Program-made: the position numbers and the translations under genes
Shown here: positions 8,501 to 15,819 of the stretch, piece by piece
Position numbering within the stretch: position 1 is the first letter of the stretch
How the letters are laid out: each line of letters begins with the position of its first letter
Assembly (NCBI RefSeq): GCF_003945235.1
Contig: NZ_RSDW01000001.1
Coordinates: 630,001-662,000 of the forward strand
Reading direction: 5' to 3'
DNA: 32,000 nucleotides
Origin: Edaphobacter aggregans
GTDB lineage: Bacteria > Acidobacteriota > Terriglobia > Terriglobales > Acidobacteriaceae
Notes under the pieces: generated by a model
The model's input: only the letters and a program-made list of their open reading frames with translations
What the model was told of the DNA's origin: nothing
The model's database searches: none

Positions 8501-9331
8501 TGATGCCGCTGAACCGGAAGAGAACGGGCCTATGATGGCAAGTCGATTCCCTTCTCCCATGGAGAGCCTGGCTTTGTAGTCTTTCTTGAGCATCGCCTCA
8601 TACCGCAGTGCGTTGCGAAGCTGAGTTCCATTCACGCCGAGTGCGGGGGTTTCGCCAACGAGAAATAGGTAGATAACGCGGTGATAGCCGGACCAGGCTA
8701 CGTCGGATTCTCCGGCTCCAGCTTTCGGGGCGAATTTGAGAATGATGAGACCAGGCTGCTGCTCTCGTTTAAGGTCCTGCTCGCTCTCGGGTGGGATCGT
8801 GGATGAGTCTCCAGAGGATGGCGGAGCGATGCGACTCTTCCAAGGAAGCCAGTATTGGCTTTCTAGAAAGCGATTGTCGGATGCGGCCTGCATGAAGGCA
8901 TCGATGGTTCGGTCAAATTCGAGCGCAAAGTGGCTGTGGATGGGGTCGGGAACGGTTGCAATGATGGCACGGATGTCTGGCTCGTGATCGGGTTCTGGAG
9001 GGGGAATGCCCCAGTTGTCACTGGCGCAGCTGGTTTCGGGGTTGTCTGTAGATGCGGTTGCTGGAGAATCGGCTTTGACGGCGGCTTGTTTTATGGATTT
9101 AGTCGATTGTGGAGGCTTTTTAGCGGTTGGAGGTTCTTTCCATCGGGCGGCGCTCCAGTAGCTGCAGGAGGCGAGCCAGGGGCCTTCGCCGGTGACTACA
9201 GATTGAGCAGATATGGGCTGTGATTTTGAGGCACTGGAGTTTCCATCACGACTTATGGTGGCGTGGAACATGGCTCCAGCCAGAGCGGCTGCTCCGATAC
9301 CGGCGGCTCCCAGTCCTCGCTTCATCTCCAT
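5531..9331 (-). CDS. Very large (1266 aa) polytopic membrane protein with ~600-aa extracytoplasmic N-terminal domain; function unknown
   Basis: Uninterrupted 3.8-kb ORF. N-terminal anchor/signal GLGAAGIGAAALAGAMF. A long hydrophilic region with alternating beta-alpha-like pattern (LAIIGPFSSGSAASL, IIVAGETSTG, ILIAGSNILDE). At least 9 hydrophobic helices. A cytoplasmic insert with the Pro-rich stretch RPPPKPEPNPPAAPPGDDDLPEED. Confidence 0.85.
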   Translation of the reverse strand: MEMKRGLGAAGIGAAALAGAMFHATISRDGNSSASKSQPISAQSVVTGEGPWLASCSYWSAARWKEPPTAKKPPQSTKSIKQAAVKADSPATASTDNPETSCASDNWGIPPPEPDHEPDIRAIIATVPDPIHSHFALEFDRTIDAFMQAASDNRFLESQYWLPWKSRIAPPSSGDSSTIPPESEQDLKREQQPGLIILKFAPKAGAGESDVAWSGYHRVIYLFLVGETPALGVNGTQLRNALRYEAMLKKDYKARLSMGEGNRLAIIGPFSSGSAASLREGLENAKFDHAPPEIIVAGETSTGIANSELNSQKKGEQKITYVSFAENTGFELSRLFDALNKSRYDVRRIAILVEEGTVFGDANASGKQGGIQIRFPREISLLRNAQIDQGGKSSGESSAAPSPYLNLSLKDSDADDTVPHFSSAQTPLSQEAELMAIARQLQRNRTQYILIAGSNILDEIFLAQFLHRACPDARLVFYNGGDLLIERDVDNVPYIGSIVITPYTLIDLENANGSARAFSDAHAERAYNAASYIFWFGTSNSKPTFAGYQRTANDTMQIPLWATTVGGDGYYPLGILSPCASDTRTILPNIVEGSLKVCSQTDGQFRPRLAPASPNSAPSLFWFVLCTLITSLCIGHTTVMLSAEYWSAFTRDLAVRQNDQPRRRSVYINIGTSVLFSMAFVVSFPLFAMLFPLFSTDRFYFVDTPSLTVASITLLSGFAALIATLSRTLPHSGRAKGINPESTTRLYPYFNLVALITVVAVPLLWIWICLRTTVDGTASYVGPFFSYRSLHPTSGVSPVVPILLLLFSWYLWSVFQTARLRFSTMSRPRLPDNVPTKSPYPLFVSDSALTQCKTPIDSCLIENVTCLLITRETIRRFTGWSATKLNAIFFAIYLGLFAICIFCGHIQSLERFLLHPGHWPTAYEFLIATLFFPLIMVALTGWLRMIFIWGALSRGLLEPLERTPLRLAFTRLKDVGWMTMLSQSSLHFRWRDMARSTESLRQLINNPDLAQAIGEGAHWKDLSDTYDELIDQITELRKRITMRPPPKPEPNPPAAPPGDDDLPEEDHRYDLGYIYRIEMLYAKFCEHLLAYLLIPYWNERRVGFVEEGEGEHPGSDSSKSIPDPDAPEDPTHIRLAEELLTIRYVALIRAVLVNTRYLMLFVSSAFVFAIIAWNSYPFQPHQLIDWCFTLLMVFLGCGFIWVFAQMHRNAILSRITDTKPNELGRDFYIRVISFGAIPVLTWFAYQFPEIGGSIFKILQPSLQVIK

Positions 9332-9477
9332 TGCTGCGCTCGCATGGCTGCGTTCCTCGATGATTCTGGATACGGGCCCGACTGCGTTAGAGAGGATCTA
9401 GCCTTTGGTGGAGCGAAGTTTAGCACAGGCCCATCGTGCAGGATGAGTCTTTCGTTTGGTTCGCCTGTGGTGCAGGG

Positions 9478-10272
9478 CTACCAGGCGTGGTGGAAGCCGT
9501 CCTTTTGCGTGAGGTGGACTTCAGTCCTGAAAAGAGCGCTGAGGTGGGGGGCGGTGAGGAGTTCAGACTTGGGGCCGTCGGCCACGATGCGGCCATCCTT
9601 CATCATCAGGATGCGGTCGATCTCGGGGATGATGTCGGAGACGTGGTGGGTGATGAGGAGGATGCCGGTTCCCTGCTGGGCCAGGCGGCGTAGGAGGTCG
9701 CGGAGGTCTTGCTGGGCGGCGATGTCGAGGGCGTTGGAGGGCTCGTCGAGGAGGAGCATCTGGCGGTCTGAGCCGGTGCTGGAGGAGCCTACGAGAGCGC
9801 GGCCGATCATGATGCGGCGCTGCTGGCCGGCGGACATTTCTCCTACGGGTTTGTTGGCCAGGGGGACGGCGCCGATCTGCTCGAGGACTTCGTCGGCGCG
9901 GGTGCGCATGGCTTCGGTGACGGTGAGGTTGGGCCAGAGGGTCGAGCTTGAAAAGAAGCCGGTGAGGACGGCGTCGCGGCCGGTGGTGGTCAGGGTTTGG
10001 CGGCCGGGGAGCTCAGCGGAGACCACTCCGAGGCGTTTCTTGAGCTCGGTCAGGTCCCAGCGCTCACGTCCGAAGATGCTGACGGTTGTGTCGGGCTGGG
10101 CGATGGGGTAGCACTCGCAGGTGATGGTCTTGATGAGGGTCGACTTGCCGCAGCCGTTGGGGCCGAGGATTGCAATATGCTCGCCGGCGTTGACTGAGAG
10201 GTTGATGTCGTGGAGGACGATGTTTTCGCCGCGAGCTACGTTTACATGGGCCAGGTGCAGGAAGGGTGTCAT
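9478..10272 (-). CDS. Stand-alone ABC-transporter ATP-binding protein (ModF/YlmA-like)
   Basis: Walker A GPNGCGKST, signature MSAGQQRR, Walker B LLLLDEPSNALD, H-loop ITHH. I prefer the start at ATG 10272 (MTPFLHLAHVNV), preceded by AAGGTGA. The ORF is also open in frame from TTG 10383. Confidence 0.9.
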   Translation of the reverse strand: MTPFLHLAHVNVARGENIVLHDINLSVNAGEHIAILGPNGCGKSTLIKTITCECYPIAQPDTTVSIFGRERWDLTELKKRLGVVSAELPGRQTLTTTGRDAVLTGFFSSSTLWPNLTVTEAMRTRADEVLEQIGAVPLANKPVGEMSAGQQRRIMIGRALVGSSSTGSDRQMLLLDEPSNALDIAAQQDLRDLLRRLAQQGTGILLITHHVSDIIPEIDRILMMKDGRIVADGPKSELLTAPHLSALFRTEVHLTQKDGFHHAW

Positions 10273-10370
10273 GCTCACCTTAGAATACTGTTCCTCGTGG
10301 CGACTGCGGATCTTCAGGCTGTGTTGTAAATTAGCAGACTTCAATGGACTCCCAAGGGGTACATTTTCGC

Positions 10371-10680
10371 GCAAAGTATTCAATATAAAAGGTTTGGCTT
10401 TGGACTTCCGTTTACTGTGATACGGAAAGTCTCTGGATTCAGGGGTTTGATGAATATGGCAGACGCAAAGTATTGATTTAATGATCCCTAGCGGGTAAGT
10501 CTCCTTTTGGATTTGAAATTAAAGAGAAAGCCCCGGTGGTTGGCCGGGGCTTTTATCTCTATATCTAGTATAGCGAATTGGGTGGAATTACTATGCACGC
10601 GAATCTTCGTGATTGGTGCGGCGATTTGCTATTTGGGGGCTTGACAGGTTTTGCTGTGGATAAATTTTCGGGGTTGGGGA
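10371..10680 (-). repeat. Copy B of the conserved non-coding leader module, upstream of the ABC ATPase gene
   Basis: The reverse complement is colinear with 3943-4140, with two extra segments of about 40 and 80 nt. It contains CGCAAAGTATT twice on the + strand (10370-10380 and 10464-10474). Confidence 0.6.
10515..10553 (-). terminator. Orphan terminator hairpin, - strand reading (possibly bidirectional)
   Basis: On the - strand: AAAGCCCCGG, 7-nt loop, CCGGGGCTTT, then CTCTTTAATTT. No - strand gene lies upstream of it. On the + strand the hairpin is followed by TTTTAT. Confidence 0.6.
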
Positions 10681-10796
10681 GCGATTCCAAGGACGAAGGA
10701 CAATTCTGCCCAGATACTTGCTCATGCCGTAATCAGGCTGTTGAATAGGGGATGGTGAATAGCCGGCAGTATATCTAAGGATCGGATAATCAACAG

Positions 10797-12470
10797 TTGA
10801 ACAAGCTCGGTGTACTGACCTTACTCTCGATCGTCGTTGGCGGGCCGGCTGTCGGCCAAACACGTGACTCCCATGCAGGACTACCGCACCTCGAAAAGCG
10901 TGGAGGTGCAACCCAGCTCATCGTTGATGGCAAGCCTTTTCTGGTTCTTGGGGGAGAGCTGCATAACTCCAGCTCCTCCAGCGTTGCGTACATGAAGCCG
11001 GTTTGGCCGCGGCTCACAGCAATGCACATGAATACAGTGTTGTCGCCTGTCGCATGGGAGACGATCGAACCTGAAGAGGGGAAGTTCGATTTCAGTGTGG
11101 TGGATAGGCTTCTAGAAGGAGCACGCGCGAACAACCTCAAACTTGTAATTCTGTGGTTTGGCGCATGGAAGAATACGTACTCCAGCTACGTGCCAGCCTG
11201 GGTCAAGACTGATACGGAACGGTTCCCTCGCGTTCAGACCAGCGACGGCCGAAGCACAGAGCGACTATCGCCTTTCAGTACGGCTGTTCGGGATGCAGAC
11301 GCGCGCGCCTTCGCGAGACTGATGCGTCACCTGCGAGAGGTGGATGGAGATACGCATACTGTGCTGATGGTGCAGGTCGAAAATGAGGTCGGTGTGATTC
11401 CTGAATCACGGGATCATTCGGCTGTCGCGAATGCCGCTTTCTCGGGAGCGGTACCATCAGCCCTCATGAGTTTTCTGCAGAAGCATCGGACAACATTGGA
11501 TCCGGAGTTTCGCGCAGCCTGGGAGGCGGCGGGCGGGAAGACCGCGGGGACGTGGCAGGAGGTGTTCGGCAAAACTTCTCTGACAGATGATCTCTTCATG
11601 GCCTGGCACTACGCCACCTACATCGAGCATGTAACGGCAGCAGGCAAGGCGGAGTACCCTCTACCGATGTTCGCGAATGCTGCGCTGATCCGGCCTAATT
11701 ATGAACCAGGACAGTACAACAGCGGTGGTCCGCTTCCCCATTCGATGGATGTATGGCATGCCGGAGCGCCGTCTCTTGATCTTTTGTCGCCCGACATCTA
11801 CTTCAATGAATTTGCGCTGTGGGCAGGCAGGTATGCGCGTCCTGACAACCCGCTCTTCATCCCGGAGGCGCAAGGGGGGGCAGCGGGCGCCGCTAATGCG
11901 CTTTATGCTTTTGGACATCTGTCGGCTATGGGATTCTCTCCGTTTGGCGTCGACGATCAAGGTAACGCTCCGCTCGACCTGGTGGGTATCACCAATTCTT
12001 CGGAGCGCCCGGATAACTCCGCTATAGGCAACGTGTATAGCGAATTGTCCAAACTGGCGCCGATGATTCTGGAAAAACAAGGAACGGGTGGCGTCACTGC
12101 CGCGCTCATGGAAGGCGAAGCACAGCGGTCGGCGAGGCTTTATCTCGGTGACTATACAGCGACCATGACTCGGGCTGGAGGTTCGTCCGGCGCGGGAGCG
12201 CGACTGGCTGCGATGTTTATTCAGACGGGCCCGAATGAATTTCTGGTTGCAGGCAGCGGCGATGCTCAGATCACCTTCTCGACGGACAAACCCGGGCTAC
12301 CCATTGTTGGCATTGAGAGTATCGACGAAGAGTTCTTTGAGAATGGAGCCTGGGTGCCGGGAAGGCGTCTGAATGGTGACGAAAACTCTCAGGGGCAGGC
12401 CTTGAGACTCTATGCTTCTGATTTGGCTCAAGGCAAAATTTATCGAGTGCGGCTTTATCGCTATCGCTAG
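10797..12470 (+). CDS. Secreted glycoside hydrolase, GH35-like TIM barrel with DUF5597-type C-terminal region (probable beta-galactosidase-type enzyme)
   Basis: 557-aa ORF with signal peptide MNKLGVLTLLSIVVGGPAVGQ. The N-terminal region QLIVDGKPFLVLGGELHNSS...VAWETIEPEEGKFDF...LVILWFGAWKN is typical of this family. Confidence 0.8.
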   Translation: MNKLGVLTLLSIVVGGPAVGQTRDSHAGLPHLEKRGGATQLIVDGKPFLVLGGELHNSSSSSVAYMKPVWPRLTAMHMNTVLSPVAWETIEPEEGKFDFSVVDRLLEGARANNLKLVILWFGAWKNTYSSYVPAWVKTDTERFPRVQTSDGRSTERLSPFSTAVRDADARAFARLMRHLREVDGDTHTVLMVQVENEVGVIPESRDHSAVANAAFSGAVPSALMSFLQKHRTTLDPEFRAAWEAAGGKTAGTWQEVFGKTSLTDDLFMAWHYATYIEHVTAAGKAEYPLPMFANAALIRPNYEPGQYNSGGPLPHSMDVWHAGAPSLDLLSPDIYFNEFALWAGRYARPDNPLFIPEAQGGAAGAANALYAFGHLSAMGFSPFGVDDQGNAPLDLVGITNSSERPDNSAIGNVYSELSKLAPMILEKQGTGGVTAALMEGEAQRSARLYLGDYTATMTRAGGSSGAGARLAAMFIQTGPNEFLVAGSGDAQITFSTDKPGLPIVGIESIDEEFFENGAWVPGRRLNGDENSQGQALRLYASDLAQGKIYRVRLYRYR

Positions 12471-12493
12471 CCCAGAGGTCACGACCTCGTTAG

Positions 12494-13699
12494 CTACTCT
12501 ACGGCTTGCTTTGCGTTGTAGCCGTCGCGGGCGATGACGGAGTACTTGAGGGGCTTGTGCTTCTCGTCCTGCATCTGGAGGGGGTGGCCTTCGTTGTCGA
12601 CCAGGAGCACTTTGATCTTGCGGTAGGAGCCGTCGTTCTTGTTGTTGGTGGGGCGGTAGGTGAGGACGTACTGGTTGCGGATGGAGTCGTTGATAGTGCC
12701 GAAGACGTCGGGGAGCGCACCCTGGAAGACGGGTTTGAAGCTCATGCCTCCGGTCATGCGGGCGAAGGTTTGCATCTGGTTGTCCGCCTGGAGGTAGTTG
12801 AGGTCACGGATGGCGCCGCCCATGCCGCCGTGGCCTTCGGTCATCTCGCGGACCATGCCGCCGGTGCTGATGGTGAAGATGGTGACGTTGGGAGTGGCCT
12901 TGATCTTGGCGAGGATCTTGTCGAGGGTGATCTTGGAGAAGGTGTCGCGACCGGTGCCGATGAGGATGATGTACTTGCGGCCTTCGATGCGGCTGGTGCG
13001 GTCGAGTGTCTCGTAGAGGGCGTCGAACAGGTTGGTGTCGGAGAAGCCAGGGATGATTAGCGATCCGAGGGCGCTGCCGATGACGTTTTTGTCGTTGGTG
13101 AAGTCGGTGAGGATGTGGGTGCGGAGGTCGTAGGTGACGACGGCGACGTAGTCGTCTTTGCGCAGAGTGTTGAAGAACGTGAAGGAGGCGTTCTGCATGT
13201 CGTTAATGAAGTAGTAGCTGTTGGCCGCGAACTCGAGCAGCATGACGGCTGTGATGGGGGTCTGGGCCATGTGAACGCTGGTGACGGTCTGGGGAACGCC
13301 GTCTTCGAGGACGAGGAAGTTGGGGGCTTTGAGGCCGGGGACGAACTGGTGGGTCTTGTCGAGGATGACGTTAACGTCGAGGTTGACGATGGGGACGTCG
13401 ACGCGGAGGGAGTAGGTTTCGTTATTGGGGTTCTTGACCTTGGGCTCGGCGGGAGCGGCGGGGGGTGGGGGCTCGTCGGCCTCTTTCTTTTTCTTCAGGA
13501 CGATGGTTCCGGAGTCGGTTTCGGGCCCAGCGGAGTCGGAGGGTTGGTCGGGCTTCTGCTGCTGAGCCGGGGGCTGCGTCGCGGGAGTGGTCTGACCGTG
13601 AGCAGAGGGCAGGGCGATCAGGGACGCGAGAATTAGCAGGAAAAGTGCCGAGGCCGGCTTGCGGGAGGCGCTGAATCGACGGGAACGGTGAGTCATCAT
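12494..13699 (-). CDS. VWFA-related acidobacterial domain protein (von Willebrand factor A fold), secreted
   Basis: Signal peptide, then a Pro/Gln-rich linker, then YSLRVDVPIVNLDVNVILDK...FLVLEDGVPQTV and a VWA-like core, as in the acidobacterial VWFA family (TIGR03436-type). Confidence 0.85.
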   Translation of the reverse strand: MMTHRSRRFSASRKPASALFLLILASLIALPSAHGQTTPATQPPAQQQKPDQPSDSAGPETDSGTIVLKKKKEADEPPPPAAPAEPKVKNPNNETYSLRVDVPIVNLDVNVILDKTHQFVPGLKAPNFLVLEDGVPQTVTSVHMAQTPITAVMLLEFAANSYYFINDMQNASFTFFNTLRKDDYVAVVTYDLRTHILTDFTNDKNVIGSALGSLIIPGFSDTNLFDALYETLDRTSRIEGRKYIILIGTGRDTFSKITLDKILAKIKATPNVTIFTISTGGMVREMTEGHGGMGGAIRDLNYLQADNQMQTFARMTGGMSFKPVFQGALPDVFGTINDSIRNQYVLTYRPTNNKNDGSYRKIKVLLVDNEGHPLQMQDEKHKPLKYSVIARDGYNAKQAVE

Positions 13700-13830
13700 C
13701 TAAAACTTTACTCCGAATGTTGGACGCTCACGGGGGTCTCTGGTGAGAGGAGAGCGTTTTCGAGAGAATATCCGTCTAAACAGGTGCGCCCGCTATACGT
13801 AGAGATGCGGGACGCTCTAATCTGGTAGAC

Positions 13831-15642
13831 GTGAATATTCGGCTAAAGACGCGATGGGTGGTGCAGGGTCTGGCTGTGTGCTGGATGTTGACGGGTTTGG
13901 CCGGTGTTTATGGGCAGGGTGTGGCTATTCCTGCGAGTGCTGCCGCCGCTATGGGTGCTGGGGGGCAGCGGATCTTTCCGCTGGCTGAGGTGAAGCGGGG
14001 GCTGCATGGGGTGGCGTATACGGTTTTTGAAGGGGTGAACCCGGAGCCTATGGAAGTGGAGATCCTTGGGGTTCTGAAGGACTCCCTGGGACCGGGGCAG
14101 GACATGATTCTGGCTCGGCTGCATGGGGCGAAGCCGGAGTATACGGGCGTTGTGGCAGGGATGAGCGGAAGTCCGGTGTATATCGATGGGCGGCTGGTGG
14201 GCGCGTTGAGCTATCGGATCGGGCAGTTCAGTAAGGACCCCATTGCCGGGATTACGCCTATTGAGTACATGCTGGAGGTTCGTGACGGTGCGGTACAGGC
14301 CGCTGGGTCGGGTGGGATCAGGCAGGCTAGTACGGCGGGTGGGCAGGCTGAGGTGCAGCCGATGGAGACTCCTCTGGTGTTTGGGGGGTTCAGCCAGGAG
14401 GCCGTGGATCGGTTTGGGGATCGTTTTCGGGCTCTGGGGCTGACTCCAGTGGCGGGACTGGGCGGGTCGGATGCTAAGGCGTTGCAGCCGGAGCCGGTGG
14501 TACCAGGCTCGGCAGTGAGCGCGGTGCTGGTACGTGGGGATCTGTCGATGGCGGGGACCTGTACGGTGACTTATGTCGATCCGACGCAACTGCTGGCTTG
14601 CGGGCACCCGATTACGCAGTATGGGCCGGTGGACATGCCGATGACCAAGGCGATGGTGGTGGCTACGCTGGCTTCTCCGCTGAATGCTTTCAAGATTGTG
14701 AATACGACCGAGACCGTTGGGGCGTTTACCGAGGACAGGGCTTCGGCGATTTTGGGGCGGTTTGGGGTGAAGGCGCGGATGATTCCAGTGACTGTAGAAG
14801 TGGTGCCTACACCGATGGATGGTAAGGGGCGGCCTCCACGGACGTTTCATTTTGAGGTGCTGGATAATCGGCAACTGACTCCGTCGGCGGTGCTGGTGTC
14901 GGTATATCAGAGTCTGCAGGGGACCAACGCCGCGGCAGCGGAGACTAGCTTCCGGCTTACGGGGGAGTTGGCGGTGGAGGGTCAGCCGCCTGTTCAGTTG
15001 AAGGCGCTTATTGCGCAGAACGATTTGAACTCGGGTGCTATCAACACTGCTCTGTTTGTGGGAGACCGGTTTGGAAGGCTGTACGGAAATGCCCTGGAGC
15101 AGCCGGTGATTACGGGAATGCAGTTGAAGATGGAAGCGATTGCCGAGCGAAGAACGGCGCTGATCGAGTCGGCGAGGCTAAGCAAGATCGAGGCGCTCCC
15201 GGGTGAGACGATCGAGGTGGAGATTACGGTGCATCCGTATCAGGCTGCGGCTCGCGTGGTGCGAGTACCGGTGACTCTGCCAGCGGAGCTGACGCCAGGA
15301 ACACTGCGCGTGATGGTGAGCGATGGAGCTTCGGTGGACAAATTGACCACGCCTCCGGGGGGTGCGGCGCAACGGGCGTCGGGAGTATCCGACACGGTGG
15401 CGCAGATCAATCGACTGCATGATAACGACCGGGTGTATGTGACGCTGCTGGATCATGCGGCGCAGGCGGTACTGGAGAGCGAGACGCTGCCGGAGGTGCC
15501 GTTGTCGATGGCCAATGTGCTGGGGCCGCTGAAGGATGCACAGAAGATGCAGCTGACGGGGGAGAGCGTGGTGGAGTTGGGGTCGTCTGAGACGGGGTAT
15601 GCCATAGCGGGGTCGCAGACTCTGAACCTTGTTGTACGGTAA
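13831..15642 (+). CDS. SpoIVB-type peptidase S55 domain protein, secreted
   Basis: GTG start and signal peptide. The stretch GVAYTVFEGVNPEPMEVEILGVL...GVVAGMSGSPVYIDGRLVGALSY contains the GMSGSP serine-protease motif of S55-family proteins. Confidence 0.8.
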   Translation: MNIRLKTRWVVQGLAVCWMLTGLAGVYGQGVAIPASAAAAMGAGGQRIFPLAEVKRGLHGVAYTVFEGVNPEPMEVEILGVLKDSLGPGQDMILARLHGAKPEYTGVVAGMSGSPVYIDGRLVGALSYRIGQFSKDPIAGITPIEYMLEVRDGAVQAAGSGGIRQASTAGGQAEVQPMETPLVFGGFSQEAVDRFGDRFRALGLTPVAGLGGSDAKALQPEPVVPGSAVSAVLVRGDLSMAGTCTVTYVDPTQLLACGHPITQYGPVDMPMTKAMVVATLASPLNAFKIVNTTETVGAFTEDRASAILGRFGVKARMIPVTVEVVPTPMDGKGRPPRTFHFEVLDNRQLTPSAVLVSVYQSLQGTNAAAAETSFRLTGELAVEGQPPVQLKALIAQNDLNSGAINTALFVGDRFGRLYGNALEQPVITGMQLKMEAIAERRTALIESARLSKIEALPGETIEVEITVHPYQAAARVVRVPVTLPAELTPGTLRVMVSDGASVDKLTTPPGGAAQRASGVSDTVAQINRLHDNDRVYVTLLDHAAQAVLESETLPEVPLSMANVLGPLKDAQKMQLTGESVVELGSSETGYAIAGSQTLNLVVR

Positions 15643-15819
15643 GGAGTTGGACGGCATTACCGAAGTAAGGGTTGATGCTGCCCTTGTTCTCCGACGTGGG
15701 TGACGTTCGGGTGGGCCTTTCGTTCGAGGCTTTATGTGGAGTTTTGCGCGAGGGGATGTTGTAGCATCAAACAACAGCGCGGACGACTACGTTGGCGCTC
15801 AGAAGGAAACAGATTTCGA

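Noticed and set aside
10641-10666. TTGACA ... TAAATT promoter-like pair on the + strand upstream of the glycosidase
   Set aside because: The spacer is only 14 nt, too short for a sigma-70-type promoter. The TTGACA also lies inside the conserved repeat, so its presence may have another cause.
3860-10727. Reading the two inverted module copies as terminal inverted repeats of a transposon or an invertible segment
   Set aside because: No transposase, integrase or recombinase lies between them, and I could see no target-site duplication. The copies are only roughly three-quarters identical with large indels. Each is positioned as a 5' leader of a gene. This is kept as a minor alternative, not excluded.
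10591-10911. 106-aa - strand ORF (and its internal 44-aa version MSKYLGRIV...) covering leader copy B and the glycosidase start
   Set aside because: It overlaps the well-supported signal-peptide start of the glycosidase, has no RBS, and shows no amino-acid conservation with the equivalent region of copy A.
13843-14874. 343-aa ORF on the - strand opposite the S55 peptidase gene
   Set aside because: Its composition is Arg/Pro/His-rich and low in complexity, as expected for the antisense frame of a high-GC gene. The + strand ORF carries clear family motifs. There is no start context.
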